Source: a virus (lineage: Duplodnaviria; Caudoviricetes). Taken from it: a DNA stretch of 64,000 nucleotides. The first letter of the stretch is position 1; the number at the start of each line of letters is the position of its first letter. Below are positions 38,196 through 48,797 of the stretch, piece after piece. The notes below the pieces were generated by a model. The model made no database searches, was not told the origin of the DNA, and saw nothing but the letters and a program-made list of their open reading frames with translations. The stretch is taken from the IMG/VR virus record IMGVR_UViG_3300028048_003161; one strand, given 5' to 3'. A program made the translations under genes and the position numbers.

Positions 38196-39410
38196 ATGAG
38201 ACATGGAGGATTTAGGGAAATGACATTTGATAAGTTATTAGGTTTATTGGAGGAAAATGAATTACATGAGTTGGTTGACTTTATGAAGTCAATGATACGT
38301 CTTGATGAGTATTCAGAGACACCTTATCTGATAAATCAGACATTGAAATTATTGTCAGATGACAGTCCTTTGTATAACCTTGTCACTGATGGAAATAAAA
38401 GAGCACTATGTATAATGTTACAGAGATACTATGAGAATTGTTTCGACTACTCACTTGGAGATGATGAGATGGAGGACAAGTTGAAATATGGAAAGATCAT
38501 GGTATATAAGATTTGTGCAGCAAATGGTTTGAGATATGCAACTGAAAAAGAGGTTGAACTTGGTGTCAAGGGTTTACAAGAAGAGCCTATTTATCCCGCT
38601 ACACAGGAAACATATGAAATGCTTTGTTTATTACAGTGGACTTTAACAGGTTCTGCTTATTATTTCAGACAGGCTGGCTACAAATTAGAGTATGGAGATA
38701 ATAGAGAAGTTAAGAATACATTTTATGAAATGGTTCAAATGTGTGCAGAAAAACTAAACAACTTGTTTGAGTGGATTAAGGACTCTGGTAGAGTGGAAAA
38801 AGCACTTCGTATCATGGCTAAAATGAAAAGGAACAAGGGATATAAATATGCTAGCTATGAAAAAGATGAAGTGACAGAGGATATTCCAATCAAACAAATT
38901 GTTTATAATATTTGCAAGACATTTCCTAGAGGGAGTGAGAATCCTGAATACAGGAGGGCTTTAGCGATAGCACTTAATAACTACAATAATAAAAAGAGAA
39001 TGACCGTTATGGAAGTTTCTTTTCTACGTACTGTTTATGAGAAATTTGCAGTAGATAGGACAGCACATAAGGAGATGGCAGAGAAAGAGGCACAGGCTCA
39101 AGTAGATGTGCAGTTGAAAGAGGAATGTCAGGCACTGTTAGATGCTAGAAATACACGAGATATTGATTCTCAACACTTTTGTTATAAGATAATTGACACA
39201 TTAAAAAGAAATGGTTACACTAGATGTTCTGCAAAACAACGAAAAATTATTGAGTCGGCCTTGCAAGACATTGGATATGACAAGGATAAAAAGAAGACTA
39301 ACATTGTGGAACCTAAGGTTGAAATCTTATCTGATGATATGATAGACGCTTCACTTGGTACATTGGCAAGTGCAGTGAACATGGGATTGTTTGATGACTT
39401 GGATGAATAA
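38196..39410 (+). CDS. Hypothetical protein
   Basis: 404 aa ORF, codirectional. Confidence 0.7.
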   Translation: MRHGGFREMTFDKLLGLLEENELHELVDFMKSMIRLDEYSETPYLINQTLKLLSDDSPLYNLVTDGNKRALCIMLQRYYENCFDYSLGDDEMEDKLKYGKIMVYKICAANGLRYATEKEVELGVKGLQEEPIYPATQETYEMLCLLQWTLTGSAYYFRQAGYKLEYGDNREVKNTFYEMVQMCAEKLNNLFEWIKDSGRVEKALRIMAKMKRNKGYKYASYEKDEVTEDIPIKQIVYNICKTFPRGSENPEYRRALAIALNNYNNKKRMTVMEVSFLRTVYEKFAVDRTAHKEMAEKEAQAQVDVQLKEECQALLDARNTRDIDSQHFCYKIIDTLKRNGYTRCSAKQRKIIESALQDIGYDKDKKKTNIVEPKVEILSDDMIDASLGTLASAVNMGLFDDLDE

Positions 39411-39461
39411 CATTTTGATATATTAAGTATAAGATTTTTGAGAGATTGAGAGGTAAGTCTA

Positions 39462-40097
39462 ATGAGCAGTCTTTGTATAAGTTCAGACTTCTTTGATTTC
39501 TACGACTACTTGAACAATAAGTCTTCTCCGATAAGATATGACAGACAATTAAGTAGATGTAGACAACGAGGAGTGGCATTGAAGTTTCTAAGGGCTCTTG
39601 GTATTAAGACAATAGACATTCAACCTGTAAGTCAGTACATAGAAAGTGATGGACCTTTGGTGGTTTATACTGATATACGGGGTCATAGTGGCAATGGCAA
39701 GAGAATAGAGACAGTTGCAGAAGCAAGGTTTTTGCATGAGAATTGTATAGCAAGCAAGTTATTAACTTTGGATGAACTTCTAACAATGAAGTTTATACAG
39801 ATAGGTAAAAGAAGATACACTTTATACTTTAAGAAAAGTAAAGAAGATCATCCATTAAATGTTGGTACACTGGTGGATATTAAGAGAGCACCTGATGAAT
39901 ACAATAGAGTCATAGGATTGCCTATATTTTCAATAGATTACATTTCTCATAATAATGATGTTTTAGCAACTGACTTTAATGAGGTAGAGTGTCTTGAGAG
40001 ATATAAAATGGATAACTATATAAGTGCAGAAGAGACAGTAACTGAAATTATTGATGCACTTATAGCTTATAATAAAGTGAATGTTAAGGAGAATTAA
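39462..40097 (+). CDS. Hypothetical protein, possibly degenerate ATP-grasp fold
   Basis: IFSIDYI......LATDFN resembles the ATP-grasp C-terminal motif. Confidence 0.5.
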   Translation: MSSLCISSDFFDFYDYLNNKSSPIRYDRQLSRCRQRGVALKFLRALGIKTIDIQPVSQYIESDGPLVVYTDIRGHSGNGKRIETVAEARFLHENCIASKLLTLDELLTMKFIQIGKRRYTLYFKKSKEDHPLNVGTLVDIKRAPDEYNRVIGLPIFSIDYISHNNDVLATDFNEVECLERYKMDNYISAEETVTEIIDALIAYNKVNVKEN

Positions 40098-40101
40098 AAG
40101 G

Positions 40102-41001
40102 ATGGGTAATACATTAGAAACAAAGGGAGCTTATACAGAGGAGCATACAGCATTAGCATTAGCAAAGTACATTTCTGGCATTGATACAGTAAAAACTCGC
40201 ATAGGGGAGTTTGGAAGTAGTCATTATGACAGTGGCGTGAAGGACCTGGTTGTATCAGGACATCAGATCTTTGACATGGGAGAAAATCCTGTTTACGTTT
40301 ACACCTCAATGGATACAGTGATTGATGCACGAGTTAAGTTTGGTAGGGTTAATGGAAAGAGTACTACACAGCTTATCAATTTATTGGTTAAGCAAGGAGT
40401 AATTACTGGCGAGACAGGTGATGAAATCATTGAGAAAATCAAGGACATCAATACAAATAAGCAGGTCATTGTTCCTTTTAAACCTCATACAGACTGTAGA
40501 GTTACTTATGAGATAGGAAATACAGTCAAGAAAGATTGTGGTGCAACTATTAAGTTTGTTAAGTGGTTTAGTAACAAAGAAACTATGCAGTTAGATTGTA
40601 AGCTGGGTTTTGAACTTAAGGAGACAGCAACAGAAAAAACAATTACACATGATATTACAGACTATATGCATGGATTCAAAGCAAATGCAGTAATGTTGCA
40701 TGCAAATGACAGTAAGAAAAATGATGAGATGATTAAGGTTACTAATCAATGTATCATTGAACCTGTCGAGGTTACAGATGGAAGAACAACAGCAGCCATT
40801 GATGGAACTTTCATGTACTTAAAAACTGGAGATGCAATGGAGATTGTAGGGCATTGGAATCCTAACAACGAATTTGTATTTACAGAGAAAAAGAGTACAA
40901 AGACAGTGAAGTTCTTGAAAGACAATATCAACATTATTGCAGTACATAGGAAGTATATTGCACCTTACATGTTGTATGAAGCTAATCACTTTGAAATTTA
41001 G
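40102..41001 (+). CDS. Hypothetical protein
   Basis: Long ORF; start taken at ATG 40102. Confidence 0.65.
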   Translation: MGNTLETKGAYTEEHTALALAKYISGIDTVKTRIGEFGSSHYDSGVKDLVVSGHQIFDMGENPVYVYTSMDTVIDARVKFGRVNGKSTTQLINLLVKQGVITGETGDEIIEKIKDINTNKQVIVPFKPHTDCRVTYEIGNTVKKDCGATIKFVKWFSNKETMQLDCKLGFELKETATEKTITHDITDYMHGFKANAVMLHANDSKKNDEMIKVTNQCIIEPVEVTDGRTTAAIDGTFMYLKTGDAMEIVGHWNPNNEFVFTEKKSTKTVKFLKDNINIIAVHRKYIAPYMLYEANHFEI

Positions 41002-41034
41002 TTAGACAGGTTATAAATTTGGTTGGAGGATACT

Positions 41035-41952
41035 ATGAAAATACATTTGATTTTTGATTTTATGCATATCTATTACAAGTACTTTTTCAGAAAGGGTTTA
41101 AAGAGACTTTCTGCTCCGATTGATTGGAATGGTACTGTAATTGAGAAAGACACTACTTTGATTTTTCATCCTTTGAGTGATATTGAATCACAGAGAAGAA
41201 GTTTTGAGTCACAAGGCAATGATGTGACAGTATCAGTTTGTTTTGATAGTAAGTCACACAGAAATGATAGTGAGGACTCTGATTATAAGTCAGGTAGAGA
41301 ACACAGACTTTCTGAAGAGGATATTAAAAACATTGATTATATTAAAGAGAGATTGGCGATTGCTGGACATAATACATACAAGTTAGATGGATTTGAGGCA
41401 GATGATTTAGTAAATTACATTTGTAATAAATACAAAGATCAGTATGATTATACAGTCATCTTTACAAATGATAAAGACTTGATTGTGAATGTGTGTGACA
41501 ATGTGATTGTTATGAGATACAAGAGCGTTGATGGTGGTTATAATCCTGTAAGACGTGACAATTATGAGTCATACTTGGAGCCAGAGTTCAAGGTGTTCAT
41601 TCCTTACAATGCATTAGGTTTATACCTTGCAACAGTGGGAGATAAGTCAGATCACATTAAGGGCATTAACAAGTTTGGACCTGTAGCGTTTAAGAAATTG
41701 ATTACAAAAGTTGCAGCAAAGAATGACGTTAACTGGTCAGAATGCGGAGATTATCACAAGGCATTTGAAGTAGCTCAAATGTGCAAGGAGTTTTTAACTG
41801 ATGAACAGTATCAGGATATGATGGACAGCTTTGCATTAGTTGCTAACCTTAAAGTAGAGGATGGGTGGTTAGAGGCACCTGAAAGAAAATCTACAAGGGA
41901 AATGAGAGAAGATGCTTATGGTGGATTAAGGATGATGACTTTAATTCCTTAA
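41035..41952 (+). CDS. Stand-alone 5'-3' exonuclease / flap endonuclease (Pol I N-terminal domain family)
   Basis: CFD, YKSGR, FEADD, TNDKDL, GDKSDHIKGINKFGP (H3TH). Confidence 0.9.
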   Translation: MKIHLIFDFMHIYYKYFFRKGLKRLSAPIDWNGTVIEKDTTLIFHPLSDIESQRRSFESQGNDVTVSVCFDSKSHRNDSEDSDYKSGREHRLSEEDIKNIDYIKERLAIAGHNTYKLDGFEADDLVNYICNKYKDQYDYTVIFTNDKDLIVNVCDNVIVMRYKSVDGGYNPVRRDNYESYLEPEFKVFIPYNALGLYLATVGDKSDHIKGINKFGPVAFKKLITKVAAKNDVNWSECGDYHKAFEVAQMCKEFLTDEQYQDMMDSFALVANLKVEDGWLEAPERKSTREMREDAYGGLRMMTLIP

Positions 41953-42125
41953 GTTGAGCAGTGACAATAAAGGACTTGCAGGTAGGATAACTAGTGATGG
42001 GCATTTGAGCTGGTTATCCTATTTTCTTGCAGATATGGCATATTTGCTGACTAGTTTACATATATTTGGACATATGACTCAATATAAATAATAATTTATA
42101 TTATAAATTAAGGGGTGAATGAGGC

Positions 42126-43100
42126 ATGGAAGCAAATATCAACAGTCAGTTACTAAATATGGGGTTCACACAGAATGAAATTAATTACTATGAATATGTT
42201 GTAAGCAACAATGGCAAAATTACGCCTCAAGCTTTACAGAGTTACGGTTTATCATTTGGTGAGGCAAAAAGACTTACCTATATGAAAAAGATACTTACAG
42301 GTGCAGTTAGTATACAGTCAGAAAGTGACATGATCACTCATGTTAAAAATATGACAGGTACAAGCAGACAGAATGCAAAAGATTATGTTTATCAGCAAAA
42401 CTTAATGAATGGTTATGCACAGAATCATTATAGTAAGGATGAACTTATTAAGCACCTGAAAGAGACTAATGGGCGTAAGAGAAAAATTCGTATACAGGAC
42501 TTAAAAGTGAGTACAGTCACTACAGTACCTAATGTTGCAGTGGTTGCAGGCATCAATATTGAACCTTTTACAATTTGGAATAGTAAGCAGTACAGTGGAA
42601 AAGATATGTTATATCCTGTAGCAAAAGTAAGTGGACAGAATATAACAATAGAGACAAGTAAGAAACCTAAGTTGGAATATGGACAAAATAAAGAGATACC
42701 TGGAATGCTGAAAATACTTGGTGTGAGAAATAATGGGCATGTAGTAGTAACATTCAATAGGAAATATTGTGCATTATGTAACAGATACATCATTGTTGCA
42801 TCTTTGAGAAATCCTCAATTTCATTTAGGTAAGCATGAGATTGTATGCTTTGAAGGCACTAAGATCTATGTTTATGCAGTAAACATGGGAACTAGAGACA
42901 AAGTAGGATATGCAGGTGGCAATAAGAGAATTTATGCATATGGAATTTTCCCTGGTGACATAAGATCAAAATTGGACAACGTAGCAAAGAGAATATATGG
43001 ACAACTTGGTGGAGTTTGTTCAGCATATTACGAGGCTAATTCAGGCTATAATATTATAGATAAGGAGAAGAAAGAGGATATACCTAACGTAGAGGTATAA
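42126..43100 (+). CDS. Hypothetical protein
   Basis: 324 aa ORF. Confidence 0.7.
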   Translation: MEANINSQLLNMGFTQNEINYYEYVVSNNGKITPQALQSYGLSFGEAKRLTYMKKILTGAVSIQSESDMITHVKNMTGTSRQNAKDYVYQQNLMNGYAQNHYSKDELIKHLKETNGRKRKIRIQDLKVSTVTTVPNVAVVAGINIEPFTIWNSKQYSGKDMLYPVAKVSGQNITIETSKKPKLEYGQNKEIPGMLKILGVRNNGHVVVTFNRKYCALCNRYIIVASLRNPQFHLGKHEIVCFEGTKIYVYAVNMGTRDKVGYAGGNKRIYAYGIFPGDIRSKLDNVAKRIYGQLGGVCSAYYEANSGYNIIDKEKKEDIPNVEV

Positions 43101-43110
43101 GGATAGACAA

Positions 43111-43830
43111 ATGAGAAGGATAGTTACTCTTAAGTATAATAATGATGATACAATAAATATAATAGGAGATGCAAGTGCAGATGTACTGATTGCACAGGCT
43201 ATTAAGTTGTCACCAAGGTTACTAGGAGATAGGGCATTGTATATTACAGAGGATCTTGAGTTTGTGAAAGAACAAGATCTGGATAGTAGCATTAGGATTG
43301 CAAGTAAACCTAAGAGAAAATTCATGGTATCATTTATAATGGATAATGTGGTGCAAGTGGTTAAGGTTTGTAGCGATAGTCCTGTTGGAGCATGTCATAA
43401 GGTCAGAATCAAGTACAGTGTAGAAATACCTGGCATAGCAATTGTTTATGAGTTTGATCAAGAGAAAAATAAAATCTCCGTTGATAGTATAACAAAGAAG
43501 CTTATGTCTGGAGAGATGAGGATTGACAGAGTTTTGAATAAAGCATATAAGCTATTAGGAGAGACACCTGAACTTGAGGATTTCAGAGAAGATATAGTGA
43601 CTATGCTTAACATGATTAGAGACTGTTCAATGGGGATGTACAGTGGTGTTGATAATTACACAATGTTCAATATGATCAGTGCAGTGGTTTATTTTGTAGA
43701 TCCTGTGAATGTACATAACTATAAAATACTTGGCAGTAAGGAAAACTTAAAATACATTGTTTTAACTTATGTTACAGTAATTAGGAGATATGATACATTG
43801 AGGAAACAGGCAATGATGCATAAGAGTTAA
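43111..43830 (+). CDS. Hypothetical protein
   Basis: 239 aa ORF. Confidence 0.65.
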   Translation: MRRIVTLKYNNDDTINIIGDASADVLIAQAIKLSPRLLGDRALYITEDLEFVKEQDLDSSIRIASKPKRKFMVSFIMDNVVQVVKVCSDSPVGACHKVRIKYSVEIPGIAIVYEFDQEKNKISVDSITKKLMSGEMRIDRVLNKAYKLLGETPELEDFREDIVTMLNMIRDCSMGMYSGVDNYTMFNMISAVVYFVDPVNVHNYKILGSKENLKYIVLTYVTVIRRYDTLRKQAMMHKS

Positions 43831-43936
43831 AGAGTAAGAGAAAAAATTAAAAATAATTTAGTCATTAGGTATAAAATGATGCAAGATTATCTACATTTAT
43901 GTATATAGATGTAGATAATTTAATTTTAGAGAGAAA

Positions 43937-44266
43937 ATGAGGGCGGCGATTAAAATGGTGGACATGGGAGTAAAGGTACTAAACATTGGAGATAAAATAT
44001 GGATCAGTGATACTTTTGAGAATGTCACTGGCATGAATAAATATAAGCAGTATGGTTTATTGAATGAGCCTCAGGAAAGAGTAATAAGGACAATTGACAT
44101 AAATAAGCATGGCATTGTAATTTATGGAACAGGCAAGGAATCATTCAACAACAGCTTCATTGGACTCAAGAATGTGTTCACTAGCAAGACATTAGCAAAG
44201 ATAGACAATATGCAAAGGAGGATTAAACATGAGAAAATGGTTGCTGGGCAAACTTGGAGTATTTAA
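43937..44266 (+). CDS. Hypothetical protein
   Basis: 109 aa ORF. Confidence 0.6.
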   Translation: MRAAIKMVDMGVKVLNIGDKIWISDTFENVTGMNKYKQYGLLNEPQERVIRTIDINKHGIVIYGTGKESFNNSFIGLKNVFTSKTLAKIDNMQRRIKHEKMVAGQTWSI

Positions 44267-44387
44267 GTTGCGTAACAAAGCAGAGATGCAGGTACTTACA
44301 GAGTTAGAGAGCTGTGGTAAGTTTAGTATTGAGCAGCTTGATTATATTGCAAGCAGTGTAAAGAAAGGATTTGGACAGATAAAATGA
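44229..44387 (+). CDS. Small hypothetical protein (52 aa) absent from the ORF track
   Basis: AAGGAGG RBS, MRKWLLGKLGVFKLRNKAEMQVLTELESCG...; TGA overlaps next ATG (ATGA). Confidence 0.6.
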   Translation: MRKWLLGKLGVFKLRNKAEMQVLTELESCGKFSIEQLDYIASSVKKGFGQIK

Positions 44388-44716
44388 GAAGATCAGACAT
44401 ATTGATAGAGGGGTTTGATAACATTGAGAAGTTGTGTCAGTACCTTTATATGAGTGAAGATCATAAGATCAATGTTAAAAACAGCATTGGAGTTCCTTTA
44501 GAAGTCAGAATGGATGAAAATATGAGATTCAAGGTAAAAAACCTGAACTTTCCTGATTGTCCAGAGACATATAATGATTTAACATTTGAGTCATTATTAG
44601 GGATTGTTGATCAGTTAAAAGAGCAGGATGCAGTTGAATACCCTGACAGGTTTGATAACAGATGGCAGGAGATTAGTGAAATGACAGCAATGAATTTATC
44701 ACTTAACATTCATTAG
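44384..44716 (+). CDS. Hypothetical protein
   Basis: 110 aa ORF, translationally coupled. Confidence 0.65.
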   Translation: MRRSDILIEGFDNIEKLCQYLYMSEDHKINVKNSIGVPLEVRMDENMRFKVKNLNFPDCPETYNDLTFESLLGIVDQLKEQDAVEYPDRFDNRWQEISEMTAMNLSLNIH

Positions 44717-44803
44717 AGAAAGAATTAGCATTGGTAGAAAGTTGAATAAGCAGGACAAATAAAGAGTTGGACAGGACAAATAAAGAAAGGACATATAAAG
44801 AAA

Positions 44804-45253
44804 ATGAAGAGACCTAGCAAAGACAAATATTACTTAGGAATTGCAGAAGCAACACTGGAGAGAAGCACTTGTTTAAGGAGACATTATGGTGCAGTGATTG
44901 TCAAGAATGATCAGATTGTTAGCACTGGTTATAATGGATCACCTCGTGGAGAGGATAACTGCTGTGACATTGGTTATTGTGAAAGAGAGGCACAGGGAGT
45001 AGCAAAGGGTGAGCGCTATGAGTTGTGTGTAGCCATTCATGCAGAGGACAATGCAATTATGAATGGTGGTAGAGAGCATGTCAAAGGTGGTACAATGTAC
45101 ATTGTTGGTAAGGAATGCAGTGATGGTTCATATGCTAATCCTTGTCCTTGTATGATGTGTCGTAGAAAGATTGTAAATGCAGGCATTTCTAGGGTAGTAG
45201 GTTTATTTCAGGATGGAAGCATCAAGGAAATCGACTTCAGCACTCATGGTTAA
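44804..45253 (+). CDS. dCMP deaminase (ComEB-like)
   Basis: RSTCLRR..GAVIV, STGYNG, HAEDNA, PCMMC zinc motifs. Confidence 0.9.
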   Translation: MKRPSKDKYYLGIAEATLERSTCLRRHYGAVIVKNDQIVSTGYNGSPRGEDNCCDIGYCEREAQGVAKGERYELCVAIHAEDNAIMNGGREHVKGGTMYIVGKECSDGSYANPCPCMMCRRKIVNAGISRVVGLFQDGSIKEIDFSTHG

Positions 45254-45313
45254 AGAGATTAACATAGAATAATTAAGTGGTTTAGCAAATAGAAATTAGT
45301 GGAGGACATAAAA

Positions 45314-46630
45314 ATGGCAGAGTTAAACGTTGAAGATAAGATGGTGCGTACAACAGTTAAGCTTAGATTAAAGATTAGTTCATTCTATTCTGCAATCTAC
45401 AGTTCACTTAGTCATAACGAAAGTGACATGGTTGAGAAAATGGAGTTCTGTGGTAAAAATATGTATTACAATCCTAAATATATTGAGGCACTTGAATCTG
45501 ATGAGGTTACATTTGAGGCAATGCATTTAGCAGTTCATATTGGTTTATTGCACGTAGTCAGACTTGCAAGAAAGAAGCAAACACGTAAGTCTGTAAACTA
45601 CAAACTGTTTAATATCGCATGTGATCTTATTGCGAATTCCTTACTCTATGAGGAATTTGGGGTTGGACCTGAAAGACCTGTAACATACATTAAGATGCCT
45701 AAGGGCGAGTTCTTCTGTTCTACAGTAAGTGTTGATACAGACACTGTAGAGGACTTATATGAGTATATGTTGTCACAAATGGACAATGATAAGGACTTTA
45801 TTACTGTTAGAGGTAAAAAGCAACTTTCTGATTATGACAATATGCAGAATTATGCTGAACTTAAGATTGATAAAAAAGACATTGAAAATTATACACCTGA
45901 CATCAATACTACAGAGATGTCTGATGGAGTTGCAGATGCAGACGCTGTTGAGAGACAGTCACGACAGATGTTAAATGCAGCTTACATGAAGAGTAAGATG
46001 ATGGGCGATGGTGCTCAGGCAGGAGTTGGTGGAGTTGGTTTAGCACGAGAAGTTGGTAAGATCATGTCAAGTCATATGGATTGGCGTAAGTATCTTAAGA
46101 GATTCTGTATCAAAATGAAAGAATCAGAGGCTTCATTTGCTACACCTGACAAAAGAATGTATTACCAGAGTTTAATCTATCCTGGACATAGTAAGAAATT
46201 AAGTAATGAGATTGACAACGTTAAGATTTGTTTTGATACCAGTGGTTCTATTTCAGAGGACGATCTGGGAAGATTTCTTGGACAGGTACTAAAGCTGACT
46301 ACACAGTATAAAGTAGATGCTGATCTTATTTGTTGGGATGGGGATGTTGAGTCAGTAACAAACCTTAACAAGAAATCAACATTGAAAAACAATAAGATGT
46401 ACGGTGGTGGAGGTACGGATCCTTCATGTATCTTTAGATACTTCGACTCACCTGCTTGTAAGCGTAAACCTTATGTGACAATCATCTTCACAGATGGTTA
46501 TATCCTTGAAGAAGGACTGAATAACCCTTCTTGGGGTCGTAAGTACAAGGATACACTTTGGGTATTAACAAAAGATTACAATAGAGATTTTCGACCTCCA
46601 TTTGGAAAAGTGACAGAGGTTGAGCAGTAG
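45314..46630 (+). CDS. DUF2201-type metallopeptidase-like + VWA domain protein
   Basis: YYNP, HLAVH..LH (degenerate HExxH), NIACDL..N, MIDAS DTSGS, GGGGTD, IFTDG. Confidence 0.8.
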   Translation: MAELNVEDKMVRTTVKLRLKISSFYSAIYSSLSHNESDMVEKMEFCGKNMYYNPKYIEALESDEVTFEAMHLAVHIGLLHVVRLARKKQTRKSVNYKLFNIACDLIANSLLYEEFGVGPERPVTYIKMPKGEFFCSTVSVDTDTVEDLYEYMLSQMDNDKDFITVRGKKQLSDYDNMQNYAELKIDKKDIENYTPDINTTEMSDGVADADAVERQSRQMLNAAYMKSKMMGDGAQAGVGGVGLAREVGKIMSSHMDWRKYLKRFCIKMKESEASFATPDKRMYYQSLIYPGHSKKLSNEIDNVKICFDTSGSISEDDLGRFLGQVLKLTTQYKVDADLICWDGDVESVTNLNKKSTLKNNKMYGGGGTDPSCIFRYFDSPACKRKPYVTIIFTDGYILEEGLNNPSWGRKYKDTLWVLTKDYNRDFRPPFGKVTEVEQ

Positions 46631-46717
46631 AAAGGATAAACAGTTGAAATGAGAGTTTGACAAATAGAAAAATGAGTTAAACTCTCATTTTTAATTTTAA
46701 TGAAAGAGGCAGACAAT

Positions 46718-47104
46718 ATGAGTAATGTTAGGATCAAGAGAGATAAATTAGTTTATACAGTTGAAAAAGTAATTGACAATAAAGAAATTAAAAGAGCAGA
46801 TGAAGTAGAGGAAGTACACAGTAAGTTTAATGATACAGTGATAAAGATCTATTATTTTCGTGCAAAGACAGGGGAGAATGGAGATTATGCAGTGATTCAC
46901 AATACACATACAGGTAAAATATTAAGGGTGTACAATTGTACTAAGGTATATGTGCAGGAAGAGTATATCAATTGGACATTAACTAAAATGTCAGACAATA
47001 GTATTTGGTACTTCAACTCTAAAAATTTCAGAAAGCGTTGGTTTGCTAATTTAGTAGAAAGTAGGAATTGGCATAGAAAAATGAAGAACAGACATAGTAA
47101 CTAG
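46718..47104 (+). CDS. Hypothetical protein
   Basis: ORF with GAGG RBS. Confidence 0.6.
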   Translation: MSNVRIKRDKLVYTVEKVIDNKEIKRADEVEEVHSKFNDTVIKIYYFRAKTGENGDYAVIHNTHTGKILRVYNCTKVYVQEEYINWTLTKMSDNSIWYFNSKNFRKRWFANLVESRNWHRKMKNRHSN

Positions 47105-47460
47105 ACAGTGGTGAAAAATTGTGGTATGCATTGTAGGTTCTAACATATTTTAATAATTTGGTTTGTTGATGACAAATGAAAGGTTAGGTGTCATAAATTG
47201 AATAAACTAACGAAAATTGGCAATAATAACAGTGATAGTGTAATCTACATAGATTTACTATTAAGGAATGCAGTCGTACAATCGTGGGGTATGCATTAGC
47301 GAAAAATTGGGTTCGACATATGGTTTCAAAAAATTAAAATTTTTCGAGGTTTTAATAAGCATTGGAAAATTAAACGACATTCGATATGCATTCAAAATTG
47401 AAATAGAGTTTCAGAAATGAAAAAGTACATAGTAAAGTGTATGATGGAGGCATAGAGAAT

Positions 47461-47733
47461 ATGGTAAAGCAGAGTAAAAGTAATGAGGCATATGATAGAG
47501 CATTGGATCTAATTAGTAAGTTCATGACTAATAGAGAGTACTGCACTGATATTGACTATGAAGCATTAGTGGTATTATTAGATGGTTTAACGGACATTAT
47601 GTCTGAAAACAATAAGGCACTAATAAAAGAGCTATTGCAGTTGAGTGGTTTGGACAAGGATGTAAGTTTGGCAGCTGACAGAATAATTAAGCATGGAGGA
47701 AAATTAAATGGGCAATACAATAAGCATGAATAA
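47461..47733 (+). CDS. Hypothetical protein
   Basis: GGAGG RBS before ATG 47461. Confidence 0.6.
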   Translation: MVKQSKSNEAYDRALDLISKFMTNREYCTDIDYEALVVLLDGLTDIMSENNKALIKELLQLSGLDKDVSLAADRIIKHGGKLNGQYNKHE

Positions 47734-48220
47734 CATAGGAATGAAGTTAATTGCACCTGATGGTACTTATGATATCATTAAAGTAATTGCAGATACAGAT
47801 GAATTATGGGAAGAGGTCAGGTCTAGAAATTCAGGAGAGAATAAGTATAATTACAGATACATACTTGACAATAGAATTACTTCTAATATAGAAGTTGTGA
47901 CAGAAGAGACTGGGGATTGTGCAAGGGTTGTTTATGATTATGCATTTACAGGAATGGAAGGTTACCTTGTACAACTTGTGGAGGTACTAGATAATAGTGA
48001 GAGTGACAGTGTAGTTGAAGGAGTTGCATTGACAGATGCATTTCTTATAGGAGCATGCATTGAGGAATTAAAGAAATGCAGTGGCGTAAAAGAGTCAGAA
48101 AATGGTAGAATGAAGATTGAGCATGGAGATTGGAGTGTTACATTTTTCAGGCATAAGTTAATTAAGATTGGTGCAGCTGCTAAATCAATAGTACATATTG
48201 AATTTGAAGCAATGCAGTAG
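47708..48220 (+). CDS. Hypothetical protein
   Basis: GGAGG RBS, overlaps previous ORF. Confidence 0.65.
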   Translation: MGNTISMNNIGMKLIAPDGTYDIIKVIADTDELWEEVRSRNSGENKYNYRYILDNRITSNIEVVTEETGDCARVVYDYAFTGMEGYLVQLVEVLDNSESDSVVEGVALTDAFLIGACIEELKKCSGVKESENGRMKIEHGDWSVTFFRHKLIKIGAAAKSIVHIEFEAMQ

Positions 48221-48305
48221 AAAGTTAAACAATGGACATGGTTATAGTCATTGAAAATATAATAAATAAATTTTTATTATTTTATTATTTTTTAGGGGTG
48301 TAAAC

Positions 48306-48560
48306 ATGAGCATTGGTTTATCAGAGATAATACTTATTGGTTTAATAGTATTAGCATTGTTCAAACCTGAGAAACTTAAAGAATATGCAAGAGCATTAGG
48401 AAAAGCACTTAGGTACTTAAAGGATGAAAAAGAGAAGATTGATGATAGTGTTATAACACCTGTAAAAGAAGCAATGGAGCCTGTAACTGATATCAAGAAA
48501 GACATTGATGAGACAGTTGGAAGCATTAAGGATACATTGACAGCAGATAATAAAAAATGA
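48306..48560 (+). CDS. tatB: Twin-arginine translocase subunit, TatA/TatB family
   Basis: SIGLSEIILI..LALFKPEKL...AR.LGK; E in TM and PEKL hinge typical of TatB/TatA. Confidence 0.75.
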   Translation: MSIGLSEIILIGLIVLALFKPEKLKEYARALGKALRYLKDEKEKIDDSVITPVKEAMEPVTDIKKDIDETVGSIKDTLTADNKK

Positions 48561-48594
48561 AAAGAACAAATGATTATAGGAGGATAACATTATC

Positions 48595-48783
48595 ATGGGT
48601 ACAGGAATTTTTGAGATTTTTCTGGTTGTTTTGGTAATATTTCTGTTTGTGGGACCTAAGCAGTTGCCAAAGTTGACAAGAGCAGTGAAAGATTCAATTC
48701 ACGAGATCAAAGACGAAGTAGGCAAGGATAAAGAAAAGTCAGACAGTGAAGATGAGGAAGAGGACAGTAAGAAAGAGGCATAG
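48595..48783 (+). CDS. tatA: Twin-arginine translocase subunit TatA
   Basis: GIFEI..V....LFVGPKQLPKL.R..KD amphipathic helix, acidic tail. Confidence 0.85.
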   Translation: MGTGIFEIFLVVLVIFLFVGPKQLPKLTRAVKDSIHEIKDEVGKDKEKSDSEDEEEDSKKEA

Positions 48784-48797
48784 GAGCGGTTGGAGCC

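Noticed and set aside
44745-44800. Short caggacaaataaaga repeats before the deaminase
   Set aside because: Only two to three copies; likely slippage with no evident function
44804-45253. comEB as evidence of a competence operon
   Set aside because: No comEA or comEC nearby; dCMP deaminases are common nucleotide-supply genes on large elements
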